From an uncultured Verrucomicrobiota bacterium (GTDB lineage: Bacteria > Verrucomicrobiota > Verrucomicrobiia > Limisphaerales > UBA8199): a stretch of 64,000 nt of DNA. Shown here piece after piece: positions 1 through 9,715 of the stretch. The DNA lies in the NCBI GenBank assembly GCA_964625855.1, contig CAZVFC010000046.1:854-64853 (forward strand), written 5' to 3'. The position numbers and the translations under genes are program-made. How positions within the stretch are numbered: the stretch's first letter is position 1; every line of letters starts with the position of its first letter. The notes beneath the pieces are model-generated. The model saw only the letters and a list, made by a program, of their open reading frames with translations, did not search any database and was not told where the DNA came from.

Positions 1-645
1 GTGCTGTGGCTGCACTTCCTGGACTGCGGCAAGGATTTCGTCCAGCGCCGCTTTGTCCTGCAACTGGCGCAGGTTGGGGGTGTTGGGCGAGCTAACGTTA
101 ATCACGAAGAAGTCCACGAACGGCCACAGGACGCGCAGAGAGTTGGCGTAATCCTCTGCCGCCTGATCGAGCGGTGTGATCTTGGATTTGCCAAGGTTCA
201 TGCCGATCGGGTGATTGGGCCAGCGTCCCCGGGCCCTCCACTCCCCTAGTTGCCGCGCGACAGCTTCCGCGCCAGGGTTGTTGAAGCCCATCCGGTTGAC
301 GATGGCCCCATCCGGAATGGCTCGGAAGACGCGGGGCTCAGGATTCCCCGGCTGGGGGTGCCAAGTGACGGCGCCGAGTTCGGTAAACCCGAAGCCGAGG
401 GCGGCCCAGGTCGGCAGTGCCTCCGCATGCTTGTCCATGCCGGCGGCCAATCCCACTGGGTTTGGAAAGCTCAGGCCCAGCGCGTCAATGGGCAGCTTCG
501 GCGCGCCAAAGAACGATTCCAAGGCATCGCAAAAGATCTCATGGCGCCCCACCCAACCGAGGGTGCGCATCATGCGATTGTGAATCTGCTCGGCGTCCTG
601 GGTGAACAGGACGGGGCGGATTAAGTGGTGGTAGAACCAGCTCAC
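1..645 (-). CDS. pyrD: Dihydroorotate dehydrogenase (quinone), class 2. This is the 5' part only; the gene runs off the left edge. It starts with GTG at 643-645.
   Basis: The minus-strand translation reads (M)SWFYHHLIRPVLFTQDAEQIHNRMM...LGLSFPNPVGLAAGMDKHAEAL...GAVTWHPQPGNPEPRVFR...IVNRMGFNNPGAEAV. This matches the PyrD N-terminus and the GFNN motif. An in-frame TAA lies just upstream of the GTG. It is absent from the ORF track only because its stop lies outside the window. Confidence 0.75.
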   Translation of the reverse strand, partial: MSWFYHHLIRPVLFTQDAEQIHNRMMRTLGWVGRHEIFCDALESFFGAPKLPIDALGLSFPNPVGLAAGMDKHAEALPTWAALGFGFTELGAVTWHPQPGNPEPRVFRAIPDGAIVNRMGFNNPGAEAVARQLGEWRARGRWPNHPIGMNLGKSKITPLDQAAEDYANSLRVLWPFVDFFVINVSSPNTPNLRQLQDKAALDEILAAVQEVQPQH

Positions 646-900
646 GGCTTTCTTTTACCGGAAAGCCAACGGCTGGGAAACAGCAAATGGCGAAGCCCGG
701 AAACGGAGCGCGGCTGTCCTCAGCCGCAGCACGTGCGTAGGAGAGTGGCTCTCGGGACACCGGGCGAGGCCCGCAGAGTCGGGGCTGCTGCGGCTGAGGA
801 CAGCCGCGCTCCGGTGGCGGTGTCAAGAAACGCCTATGCACCCTAGCCGGGCAATCCAAGGCTGGACTAAGTTGCCGGAAGGAGGCATCTTTAGGGGAAG

Positions 901-3900
901 GTGGTAGCCGCCAGCATGACGGACGGCCCGCCCAATCACAATTCGTCGCAGGATTTTATGACTGATACAACGCTTGGTTCGCCAGCGCCCAGCAAAGGGC
1001 GAGGCTGGCTTCGGAAGTTGGCCTGGATTGCCGGGATATTGACCGTTTTGCTGGTCGTCGCTTATTTCGTGGCCACCAGTTCGGCCTTCTTCAAAGGCGT
1101 GATCCTCCCGCGCGTTGGCAAGGCTATGAATGCCGACATCACCGTGGGCGCGGCTTCCATCAGCCCGTTCAGCCAGGTGGTCCTGAAGGACTTGAAAGTC
1201 CAGACCACCGGCACCGAACCGCTTCTCACTGCCAGCGAAGTGCGGGTGCGCTACAGTCTCATGGATATCCTGCGCGGCAATATCCGCGTGGAGGAGGTCG
1301 TGCTCTCCTCGCCAACCGTGAACCTGGTCGAGAACCCGGACAAGTCGAGTAACCTCGATCCCATCTTGAAGTCGCAGCAGGGTAAACCGACTGCCGAACC
1401 GCCCAAGCCTTCCCAGCCGGCCCAGATCGAGTTGAAGACGCTGGTGGTTACCGAAGGGACGGTGCGCAAGGTGAAGCTCTACAAGAATGGAAATCGTGAT
1501 TCGCTCGAGGTCTCGCATCTCAACGTCACGCTCGATGACCTGAAGAACGGGCAGACCGGGAAGCTGGGGGTGGGTGCCGACCTGCGGGTGGAGGACAATC
1601 CGCCGGCGCCGGGTGTCGGCGGACTCATGCAGGGCAGACTCAACGGCAATTTCGGCTTCACGCTCACGACGGACTTGAAGCCGGCTTCCGTCACCGGCAA
1701 GGCGCACCTGGACGTGAGCCGAGCAGAGGGGGCATATGCTGAACTGGCGGGGGGCGGCGCTGACCTGGAATGCGAAGTCAGCCCCACGGACATCAAGCAA
1801 CTGGCGCTGCACTTCCAACGGAACGGCACGCGCCTGGGCGAGCTGCGCGTCAGCGGGCCGTTCGACATGAGCAAGACCGAGGGCCGGCTGGCGGTGGCAA
1901 TCGTTTCCATTGACAAGCAACTGCTGAACCTTGCCGGTGCGAAGAACGGTATTGATTTCGGCACCACGGTTCTGAACTCCACGAATGACGTGCAGATCAC
2001 CAAGGCGGGATCGTCCTTTACCGCTGTCGGTCAGTTGGCAGTCAGCAAGTTCGAGGTAAAGCGCGCCAACGAGACTACTCCCCCGCTCGACTTGCAGGCC
2101 CAATACAATGTCACAGTTGACCTGGCCCAAAGCAATTCACTGGTTCGCGAGCTGACACTGTCCGGTACGCAGCGGAGCCAGCCGGTGCTGCAAGCCGAGC
2201 TGACCAGCCCGATGCAAATCGCCTGGGGTGACACCGCAAATGCCGTCGGGGATTCGACCTTCAAGTTCAACCTGGCGGGCCTGAATTTGAGGGACTGGAG
2301 GGCGTTTCTGGGCAGCCTGGAGCCGGAAGGGACTCTCAACGCGCAGATGAAGCTGTTGTCGCAGGAGGGCGGCAAGCAACTCACGTTCGATCTGACGTCA
2401 CAGATCGAAAACCTTTCTGCCGCATTTGGCAGCAACCACATCACCCAGGCGAGCGTCAGCCTGCAGGCCAACGGCAAAGCCAAGGACCTGAAGCAGTTCG
2501 ACCTGAAGGAATACGCGCTTAAGATCGCCCAGCAAAGCCAGCCGATGCTGGCTGTCTCCGGCTCCGGCACCTACGACCTGGGGACCACAAACGCAGACCT
2601 GCAGGTGAAGGCATCGGCAGTGCTGGCAACCCTGCTCCGCGTGATGCCGCAGCCGGATGCAAGCTTCGCTTCCGGCACCGTGGAGTTCCAGGGCCATGTC
2701 GTTCAGAAACAGGATACCCAGTCCTTCACGGGCAACCTTGCGCTGGCGGAGTTGAGCGGGCGTTATGGGAAGAACGAGTTCAAGAGCTTCGGCGCCACGA
2801 TGGACCTCGACGCGAGCATGAATCCGCAGCAAGTCCAGCTCCGCAAGGCCGCAGGCAAGTTGACCGAGGGCGCGAATCCCGGCGGCGGCTTCGATCTCGC
2901 CGGGACGTACAACTTGGTGAGCAAGGCAGCGCAACTCACGGCCACGCTTACGGATCTGAACCAGTACGGCCTGCGTCCGTTCCTGGAGCCGATGCTGACG
3001 GACAAGCAGCTTGTCTCGGTTGCCATCAACGGCACTGCGTCCACGCAATACGACCCCCAGGGGGCGTCCAGCCTCAAGGCGGACATGCAGGTGACGAAGC
3101 TGGTGGTGCGGGACGCGAAGAACTCGCTCCCTGCCACTCCATTGGAGGCGAAGCTGCAGGCCGACGCTTCCCTCCGCAAAGGAGTGGCCGACGTGCGGCA
3201 GTTCCAAGTCACGCTGACGCCCACTGCGCGCGCCAGGAACGAGGTGGGGCTCAGCGGCCAGATTGACATGTCGCAAACCAACGCGATTACGGGCCAGCTC
3301 AAGCTCGCTGCCGAGGCGCTGGACCTGACGAGCTATTACGACTTGTTTGCCGGGAAGAAGCCCGATCAAGGCACCCCAAGCCCGACGCAAACGAGCCCTT
3401 CATCCGCGCCTTCGGCCACCGAAAAGGAACCTGAGGCCACACGGTTCCCGTTCCGCAACTTCACGGCCGAGGCGAGCATCCGCCGCCTGTATTTACGAGA
3501 GGTCGAGATCGCGGACTTTCAGGCCAAGGCGAATGTTGATGGCGGCCGGGTGATATTGAATCCTTTCAAGTTCAGCCTGAACGGCGCGCCGGCAGACATG
3601 ACGCTCGACTTGGATATGGGTATCCCGGGCTACAAATACGACCTGGCGTTGAACGCGCAACGCATGCCGCTAACACCGCTAATCAATTCATTCCAACCCG
3701 AGAGCAAAGGCCAGATGGGCGGCACGCTCACCGCGCAAGCCCGAATCGGCGGCGCCGGCGTAACGGACGCCAGCCTCCAGCGGAATCTCACCGGCCAGTT
3801 TGATGTGATCACCACCAACCTCAACCTTGCCGTCGTGAACATCGAGAACCGCCTGCTGAGATCCGTGGTGAATGTGGTCTCGCTAGTGCCCGATCTCTTT

Positions 3901-4572
3901 CGGGACCCGGTCGGAGCGGGCGCACGGCTGTTGGGAGGATTGCTGGGCAAAGCTGGGAGCACCGGCGGACTGGCGGATGAGATGCAGCGAGCGCCGATTG
4001 ACTCGATCCTCGCGCGCGGCGTCATCGGCTCAGGCCGCGTTGACTTGCAGCAAGCCGTGGTGCAGAGCACGGCCTTCCAGGCGATCGCCCAGGGCGCGAT
4101 CACCCTGGGCGTGCCTCTGACCAACTCGATGCTGCAAGTGCCGGTCGCAGTGTCGCTAAAGCGCTCGCTCGCCGAGCGGATGAACCTGTTGCCCCCCAAC
4201 ACACCGACCAATGCGGCCTACGCCAAGTTGCCCGATTTCCTTACCATGAAAGGCACCATCGGCAAGCCTGAGGCGGCCATCAACAAACTGGCTCTGGTGG
4301 GCACCGCGCTGACGGGGGTCGGGGGCAGTATTCAGGGCGGCGGCGGCATTCTCCAGGAAGTGGGCGGACTGCTGACTGGCCGGCCGCGCGGCGCTACCAA
4401 TACCCCGAGTGGCACTGCAACCAACGCCCCGACAAATAGCGTCTCCGGGCTCCTGCAGGGCCTGGGAGGACTTCTTCGACAGGACGCGGCAGGCGCAACC
4501 AATCAGCCCGCGACCAATCAGTCACCGGTCAATAGCCTCCTCGACGGCTTGTTAGGCCCCAGGAAGAAGTAG
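901..4572 (+). CDS. AsmA-family / DUF748-like large envelope assembly protein (1223 aa). It has an N-terminal transmembrane anchor. The start is uncertain among 901, 916 and 958.
   Basis: The N-terminus LRKLAWIAGILTVLLVVAYFVATSSAFFKGVILPRV...ADITVGAASISPF is a typical AsmA-like TM plus beta-rich architecture. The C-terminal region (..FKFSLNGAPADMTLDLDM..) resembles the AsmA C-terminal domain. GGAGG lies at about 882. Confidence 0.6.
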   Translation: MVAASMTDGPPNHNSSQDFMTDTTLGSPAPSKGRGWLRKLAWIAGILTVLLVVAYFVATSSAFFKGVILPRVGKAMNADITVGAASISPFSQVVLKDLKVQTTGTEPLLTASEVRVRYSLMDILRGNIRVEEVVLSSPTVNLVENPDKSSNLDPILKSQQGKPTAEPPKPSQPAQIELKTLVVTEGTVRKVKLYKNGNRDSLEVSHLNVTLDDLKNGQTGKLGVGADLRVEDNPPAPGVGGLMQGRLNGNFGFTLTTDLKPASVTGKAHLDVSRAEGAYAELAGGGADLECEVSPTDIKQLALHFQRNGTRLGELRVSGPFDMSKTEGRLAVAIVSIDKQLLNLAGAKNGIDFGTTVLNSTNDVQITKAGSSFTAVGQLAVSKFEVKRANETTPPLDLQAQYNVTVDLAQSNSLVRELTLSGTQRSQPVLQAELTSPMQIAWGDTANAVGDSTFKFNLAGLNLRDWRAFLGSLEPEGTLNAQMKLLSQEGGKQLTFDLTSQIENLSAAFGSNHITQASVSLQANGKAKDLKQFDLKEYALKIAQQSQPMLAVSGSGTYDLGTTNADLQVKASAVLATLLRVMPQPDASFASGTVEFQGHVVQKQDTQSFTGNLALAELSGRYGKNEFKSFGATMDLDASMNPQQVQLRKAAGKLTEGANPGGGFDLAGTYNLVSKAAQLTATLTDLNQYGLRPFLEPMLTDKQLVSVAINGTASTQYDPQGASSLKADMQVTKLVVRDAKNSLPATPLEAKLQADASLRKGVADVRQFQVTLTPTARARNEVGLSGQIDMSQTNAITGQLKLAAEALDLTSYYDLFAGKKPDQGTPSPTQTSPSSAPSATEKEPEATRFPFRNFTAEASIRRLYLREVEIADFQAKANVDGGRVILNPFKFSLNGAPADMTLDLDMGIPGYKYDLALNAQRMPLTPLINSFQPESKGQMGGTLTAQARIGGAGVTDASLQRNLTGQFDVITTNLNLAVVNIENRLLRSVVNVVSLVPDLFRDPVGAGARLLGGLLGKAGSTGGLADEMQRAPIDSILARGVIGSGRVDLQQAVVQSTAFQAIAQGAITLGVPLTNSMLQVPVAVSLKRSLAERMNLLPPNTPTNAAYAKLPDFLTMKGTIGKPEAAINKLALVGTALTGVGGSIQGGGGILQEVGGLLTGRPRGATNTPSGTATNAPTNSVSGLLQGLGGLLRQDAAGATNQPATNQSPVNSLLDGLLGPRKK

Positions 4573-4611
4573 GCGTTTGCTTTCCGCAGGTATCCTGCTA
4601 GAACGCTTCCG

Positions 4612-5988
4612 ATGCAACCTCTCATTGACTACCTGAAGCAGAACCAGTCGCGGGCCATTAAGGAACTCTGCGAGTATGTCCGCTTCCCCAGCGTCTCCGC
4701 CCAACCCCAGCACCGCCAGGACCTGCGCGCGTGTGCCCAGTGGGTCGTCAAGCACTGCCAGCAAATCGGATTGGAAGCCCGGCTTTGCCCCACCCAGGGC
4801 AACCCGATCGTTGTTGCCAGGACCCCGCGCACCAAAGCGCGAACCGGGCACCGCCGTCATTTTGTCGTTTACGGCCACTACGACGTGCAGCCACCCGAAC
4901 CGCTCGACCTGTGGAAGTCGCCTCCCTTCGAGCCGCGCATCGTGGGCCGCTCTCTCTTCGGACGCGGCGCCAGCGACAACAAAGGCCAGAACCTCGCCCA
5001 CCTCAAAGCCGTCGAGGCTTATCTCAAGACCGGCACCGAACTGCCTTGCGACCTGACCTTTGTCATCGAGGGCGAGGAAGAGGTCGGCAGCAGCAGTCTG
5101 GCGTCATTTCTCAAAGCGCAGCGCGCCGAGTTGCGCTGCGATGCGATTGTCATTTCGGACACGGGCATGCCGACGCCCACGCATCCTGCCCTAACCTACG
5201 CGCTGCGTGGCATCACTGGGTTCGAGGTGACGCTCCGCGGCCCGGCGCGCGACCTGCACTCGGGAATCTTTGGCGGCACCGTGGATAACCCGGCAATGGC
5301 CTTGTGCCAGTTGCTGGGAAAGCTCAGGGATGAGAATGGGCGCGTCACGATCCCCGCTTTCTACGATGAGGTCGAGCCTTTGTCGGCCTATGAGCGGAAG
5401 CAATTCAAGCGGCTGCCTTTCAACGCTGGCGAGTACCGGAAATTCCTGGGCGTGCCGGCCTTGTTCGGCGAGCACGGCTTCACGCCAATCGAGCAGCGCT
5501 CCGCCCGCCCCACGCTCGAAATCAACGGCCTGACCAGCGGCTACCAGGGCGAGGGCAGCAAGACCATTGTGCCCGCCTGGGCGCGCGCCAAGATCACCGT
5601 GCGCCTGGTGCCGAAACAGGACCCGGTCCGCATCGCCAAACTGGTGCGGCGCCATCTGGAAAAGCTGTGTCCCCCAACCGTGCACCTGGAGATCAAGTCT
5701 GGCCACGGTGCCGAAGCGTATCTAGTGTCCCCCACCGGCCCGCAGGCGCAGGCCGCACTACGAGCGCTAAAGCTGGCCTTCGGATGCGAGCCGGTCCTGC
5801 TGCGCGAAGGCGGCTCCATTCCCATCGTCAATGATTTCAAGAAGATCCTGCACGCCGACGCACTGCTCGTTGGCCTGGCGCTGCCCGACGACAATGCCCA
5901 TTCACCGAACGAAAAGTTCGACCTGGACTGCTTTGCCAAAGGTCAGTTGATGAGCGCGCACCTGTGGCGGGAATTGAGCCGCGCGTGA
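4612..5988 (+). CDS. M20-family metallopeptidase (dipeptidase, ArgE/DapE/CPG2-like).
   Basis: It carries HFVVYGHYDVQP, GRGASDNKGQ and VIEGEEEVGS motifs, which are the M20 metal-binding signature. Confidence 0.8.
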   Translation: MQPLIDYLKQNQSRAIKELCEYVRFPSVSAQPQHRQDLRACAQWVVKHCQQIGLEARLCPTQGNPIVVARTPRTKARTGHRRHFVVYGHYDVQPPEPLDLWKSPPFEPRIVGRSLFGRGASDNKGQNLAHLKAVEAYLKTGTELPCDLTFVIEGEEEVGSSSLASFLKAQRAELRCDAIVISDTGMPTPTHPALTYALRGITGFEVTLRGPARDLHSGIFGGTVDNPAMALCQLLGKLRDENGRVTIPAFYDEVEPLSAYERKQFKRLPFNAGEYRKFLGVPALFGEHGFTPIEQRSARPTLEINGLTSGYQGEGSKTIVPAWARAKITVRLVPKQDPVRIAKLVRRHLEKLCPPTVHLEIKSGHGAEAYLVSPTGPQAQAALRALKLAFGCEPVLLREGGSIPIVNDFKKILHADALLVGLALPDDNAHSPNEKFDLDCFAKGQLMSAHLWRELSRA

Positions 5989-6029
5989 ATCGTGAAACGT
6001 GATGCGTGAGGCTTAAAATCCTTCGCGTC

Positions 6030-6620
6030 TCACGCTGCGGCCCAGGATTCGAGTTCAGCGGACAGGCGTTCCAAGGGCAGCCCGACCACGTTGGTGTAAG
6101 AGCCAACGATCTTCTCAACAATCAAATCGCCCTGCTCCTGGATCGCGTAGGCACCCGCTTTGTCGAGTGGGTTTACGCTATTCAGGTATCGTCGGATCTT
6201 CCCGGCGTCCAGAGGATGAAATGTGACGGATGTGCTCTCCGCGAAAACCGATTGACGATGATTGCGCAAGTGCAGCAGGCAGATGCCGGTGACCACCTCA
6301 TGTGTGCGGCCCTGGAGCTGTTCCAGCATCTGGCGCGCCTCTTCGTATGTGGCCGGCTTGCCGAACAGCATGGAATCCAAATAGACAAGAGTGTCGGCGG
6401 CCAGCACCAAGGCGTCAGGCAGCTTCTTTGCTACCGCGCGCGCCTTGCGATAGGCATTGATCTGTGCAAGTTCGCGCGCTGTCATCTGCTCGTGATGGAT
6501 CTCCGCGACCTCAGCGGGCACAACCTTGAACTCGAGCTCCAACTGGCGCAGCAGCTCCGCCCGCCGCGGCGAAGCGGACGCAAGAATCAGCGAGGGCAAG
6601 TCCTTCAGCGCAGCTTGCAT
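6030..6620 (-). CDS. maf: Maf-like nucleoside triphosphate pyrophosphatase (septum formation protein).
   Basis: LILASASPRRAELLRQL is the classic Maf N-terminal motif. The length is 196 aa. Confidence 0.85.
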   Translation of the reverse strand: MQAALKDLPSLILASASPRRAELLRQLELEFKVVPAEVAEIHHEQMTARELAQINAYRKARAVAKKLPDALVLAADTLVYLDSMLFGKPATYEEARQMLEQLQGRTHEVVTGICLLHLRNHRQSVFAESTSVTFHPLDAGKIRRYLNSVNPLDKAGAYAIQEQGDLIVEKIVGSYTNVVGLPLERLSAELESWAAA

Positions 6621-7186
6621 ACCTTCAAGCGCATAGGCGGCTCTTCGGAGTGGGATGCGGTCGCCCGCATCTCCTCAAGCAACTCCAGCACAGTCCTCTT
6701 CTGGCCAGGCAGAACCAGGCCCGGCGCAATTTCGCTCAGCGGCTCCAGCACGAAGCGACGTTGGTGTGCGCGCGGGTGAGGGAGCATCAACTCCTTGCCG
6801 GCACGCGTCTCGCTTCCAAAGGCAATCAGATCCAGATCCAGCGGCCGCGGCTCGTTCAACACCTCCTTGGGCCGTCGGCCAAATTCACTCTCCAGCGCCT
6901 GCAACTTGGACAGCAAAGATTCCGGTGTCTCCGCGCCTCGGGGGACGAGCCCGACCACCGCGTTGACAAACCACCGCGATCCCGGCGGGCAATCCACGGG
7001 GGCAGTCTCCCAAAGCGAAGACCGCAGCAGCGGTCCATCCGACAATTCCCCCAAACGCTCCATCGCCCGCAGGATGTTACAGCAGGAGTCGCCCAGGTTC
7101 GCTCCCAGGGCTACGAGCGCTAGCCTCCCGATTCCAAGCGTTGTTCTTGGCTCTTCGGACTTCGGACTTCGGACTTCAGCCTTCAC
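6605..7186 (-). CDS. folK: 2-amino-4-hydroxy-6-hydroxymethyldihydropteridine pyrophosphokinase (HPPK). The GTG start overlaps the dapB stop in a GTGA junction.
   Basis: It carries ALGANLGD...SSLWETAPV...FVNAVVGL...RPLDLDLI...LPHPRAHQRRFVLEPLSEIAP, the HPPK signature. It overlaps maf by 16 nt. The N-terminal 20 aa are encoded by the GTCCGAA repeat, so the true start may lie later. Confidence 0.75.
   Translation of the reverse strand: MKAEVRSPKSEEPRTTLGIGRLALVALGANLGDSCCNILRAMERLGELSDGPLLRSSLWETAPVDCPPGSRWFVNAVVGLVPRGAETPESLLSKLQALESEFGRRPKEVLNEPRPLDLDLIAFGSETRAGKELMLPHPRAHQRRFVLEPLSEIAPGLVLPGQKRTVLELLEEMRATASHSEEPPMRLKVCKLR
7151..7177. repeat. Tandem heptamer repeat. The plus strand reads CTTCGGA x3-4; the minus strand reads GTCCGAA.
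   Basis: cttcggacttcggacttcggacttcag is read directly from the sequence. The same unit recurs at 36016-36042. Confidence 0.8.
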
Positions 7187-7917
7187 TTCAGCCCCAACAC
7201 GTCCTGCATGTCATACAGCCCCGGACTCTGCTTCACGACCCACTGCGCCGCGCGCAAGGCGCCATTCGCAAACGTCTCTCGCGTCGAGGCTCTATGCGCG
7301 AGTTCGAGGCGTTCGCCTGCGCCGGCAAATATCACCGTATGGTCGCCAACCACATCTCCGCCACGAACGGAATGCATCCCAATCTCCTCCGCCGTGCGCT
7401 CGCCCACAATTCCCGCGCGGCCATGCCGCACCACTTTGCCGAGCTGCTGCTTGCGAACCGCAGCCAGGATTTCGGCCAGACTCTTGGCGGTCCCGCTCGG
7501 CGCATCACGCTTCAGGCGATGGTGCATCTCGACGATCTCCAGGTCAAAGCCCGGCCCCAGGATCTCCGCCGCTTTGCGCGTCAGCCAGAACAACGCGTTC
7601 ACGCCCGTGGAGAAGTTCGCGGAAAGCACGATCGGTATCTGCGATTGGTAGTCCGCGATTTGCGCCTTCCCCTCGTCCGAGTGGCCGGTAGTGCCGACCA
7701 CCATTGCCTTCTTGTGCGCCGCGCAGAGGCTCGCAATGGCCGGCGTGGCGCTGTGCGAGCTGAAGTCAATGACCACCTCTCCCCGGTCAATGACAGATTG
7801 CAGGGCATCGCCCTGGTCAATCTGGCCGACGACCTGCAGGTCCGGATGATGGGCGGCGCAGGCGATGAGCGCCCGCCCCATGCGGCCCTTGGAACCAATG
7901 ATGATGATGTTGGTCAT
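7183..7917 (-). CDS. dapB: 4-hydroxy-tetrahydrodipicolinate reductase.
   Basis: The sequence MTNIIIIGSKGRMG...LEIVEMHHRLKRDAPSGTA...GGDVVGDHTVIFAG is a full-length DapB signature. Confidence 0.9.
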   Translation of the reverse strand: MTNIIIIGSKGRMGRALIACAAHHPDLQVVGQIDQGDALQSVIDRGEVVIDFSSHSATPAIASLCAAHKKAMVVGTTGHSDEGKAQIADYQSQIPIVLSANFSTGVNALFWLTRKAAEILGPGFDLEIVEMHHRLKRDAPSGTAKSLAEILAAVRKQQLGKVVRHGRAGIVGERTAEEIGMHSVRGGDVVGDHTVIFAGAGERLELAHRASTRETFANGALRAAQWVVKQSPGLYDMQDVLGLK

Positions 7918-8139
7918 ACGTAATGCGTGTTGCGCGATGCGCGCTCAAACCGAACACGCACCAAGATACACTTTCCCGCTTCAATACGCACACCTCGCCG
8001 TAGAAAGTCAAGTGTCTGGATTCAACGCGTTTTTCGCTTGAACGCAGCCAGGGTTCCTGCCATAAGACACGGATTGTGCAGTGCGGCCCTTTCTTGAGGG
8101 CGATCAATTGATGCAACTGAAAACGACCAGGAGTCTAGA

Positions 8140-9699
8140 ATGACAGAAAACAGAGTGCCCTATGTTTACCCGAGATTGCAGTTAGCGTATCTGCTGCAAT
8201 TTGCGATTTGGGGGAGTTGGTCTGTAGCCCTCGGGGGCTACCTCAATGGGAAGATGAGCGGCCCTCACATCGGGTATCTCTTCATGGCGATTCCCTTGGG
8301 AGCGATCATCGCCCCGATGTTCATTGGTCCAATCGCGGACCGGTACTTTTCCGCCCAGAAGGTTCTTGGCCTGCTGCATCTGATCGGCGGAGCAGCCCTG
8401 GTGGCTTGTGGTGTAATCTGTGTCCAGGCGGAATCCGCTGCGGCAGGGGCGGCGGTCGTGGTTCCCTTTGCGGCGCTGATGGTCTTGATGCTCACCTCCG
8501 GAATTTGCTTCATGCCGTCCATCCCATTAATCAACACCGTCGTCTTCAAACATATTCCGGATTCGGCTTCGGCCCCCAAGGTCTTCATTTTTGGAACCGT
8601 CGGCTGGATTCTCGTCAACCTGGTCGTGGAGATTCTCGCGGGCGGCGCCGCCAGTCCGAATTTCTTCTTCATTGGAGGGGGTTGTGGGCTGTTTCTCGGA
8701 CTTTATTCCTTCACGCTCCCCGATACACCACCCAAGGGCGCTCCCGCTGAAGGGGCGAAGAAGGATGTCTTTGGCCTTGGGGCTTTGACCATGTTCAAGT
8801 CCCCAACTTTTACCATCTTCGTCCTTTGTGCGTTTATGGTCAGCATCTTCGGGAGCAACTACTTCTTCCCGTCAGTCGTTGCTTACCTCTCAGAATATGG
8901 TTATCCGGCACCGGTTGCCCTGACGACGCTCAACCAGTTCTCCGAACTCTTCTTCATGGCGATCCTTCCTTTCTGTGTCGCCAGAATCGGCCTCAAATGG
9001 GTTTTGGTTATCGGCATGAGCGCCTGGGCGGCTCGATACTTCATCTTCCCTTTGGCGGGCTTCCAGTTCGCGCTGATTGGGCTGCTCTGCCACGGCATGG
9101 CCTATGCCTTCCTCTACGTGGCGGCCTACATGTTCGGCGACCGCGTTGCTCCTGCCCATCTCAAAGCGAGCGTTCAGAGTCTGCTGGCGTTTCTCCTGCT
9201 AGGAATCGGACAGGTGCTCAGCGGCTACATATTTGGCTACCAAATCGAGCGGAATGCACCGACCATCACCAAGACCGTCGTCACCCAGGAAGGACAGGTG
9301 GCAAAGAGTCTGCCGGCCTGGAATGTTCCGGGAATGGAGGCCTCCGCCTGGCGATATCTGGATTTGACGAAAACGGTCAAGTACCTCCGCGGGGATACAA
9401 ACATCTTTAGCTTCGGGGAACATCTGGGCATGTACACGAAGGAGGATGGCTCAATCAACCTAGATAAACTTCCGGATGCGTGGAAGTCCGGCGGAATCGC
9501 TTACACGAAAGACGAGTTGAAGGCCACCCTCGATAAGATTGGCAGCCAGGTTACGCGTGACGACTACCTAAAAGCCCAGCGGCACAACTGGAAGGGTTTC
9601 TTTATCCCCCCGGCGATCTTCGCCCTCTTCTGGGTTGTCGTGTTTGTCGTGTTTGGCAAGCAACCAGCCGAGGCTGCGACTGAACCGGTCAAGAAATAG
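8140..9699 (+). CDS. MFS nucleoside:H+ symporter (NupG/XapB family). It has a roughly 110-aa soluble insertion before the last TM helix.
   Basis: The N-terminus LQFAIWGSWSVALGGYL...IGPIADRY aligns with NupG LQFCLWGSWLTTLGSYM...GIVADKW. It has 12 predicted TM segments. The insertion is KTVVTQEGQVAKSLP...KAQRHNWKG. Confidence 0.75.
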   Translation: MTENRVPYVYPRLQLAYLLQFAIWGSWSVALGGYLNGKMSGPHIGYLFMAIPLGAIIAPMFIGPIADRYFSAQKVLGLLHLIGGAALVACGVICVQAESAAAGAAVVVPFAALMVLMLTSGICFMPSIPLINTVVFKHIPDSASAPKVFIFGTVGWILVNLVVEILAGGAASPNFFFIGGGCGLFLGLYSFTLPDTPPKGAPAEGAKKDVFGLGALTMFKSPTFTIFVLCAFMVSIFGSNYFFPSVVAYLSEYGYPAPVALTTLNQFSELFFMAILPFCVARIGLKWVLVIGMSAWAARYFIFPLAGFQFALIGLLCHGMAYAFLYVAAYMFGDRVAPAHLKASVQSLLAFLLLGIGQVLSGYIFGYQIERNAPTITKTVVTQEGQVAKSLPAWNVPGMEASAWRYLDLTKTVKYLRGDTNIFSFGEHLGMYTKEDGSINLDKLPDAWKSGGIAYTKDELKATLDKIGSQVTRDDYLKAQRHNWKGFFIPPAIFALFWVVVFVVFGKQPAEAATEPVKK

Positions 9700-9715
9700 G
9701 CTGAGCGGTCGGATT

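Noticed and set aside
823-3390. Long minus-strand ORFs (823-2130, 2398-3390 and others) inside the AsmA-like gene. There are similar cases elsewhere: 18368-19294 (+) in the PATR gene, 20817-22322 (+) in the SSS gene, 45327-46664 (+) in lpdA, 60567-62363 (+) in the giant glycosidase-like gene, 38782-39663 (+) and 39263-39946 (-) in the repeat protein.
   Set aside because: They are antisense to genes with strong homology or repeat support. Their translations are low-complexity and Arg/Ala/Gly/Pro-rich. They are typical stop-poor shadow ORFs of GC-rich DNA.
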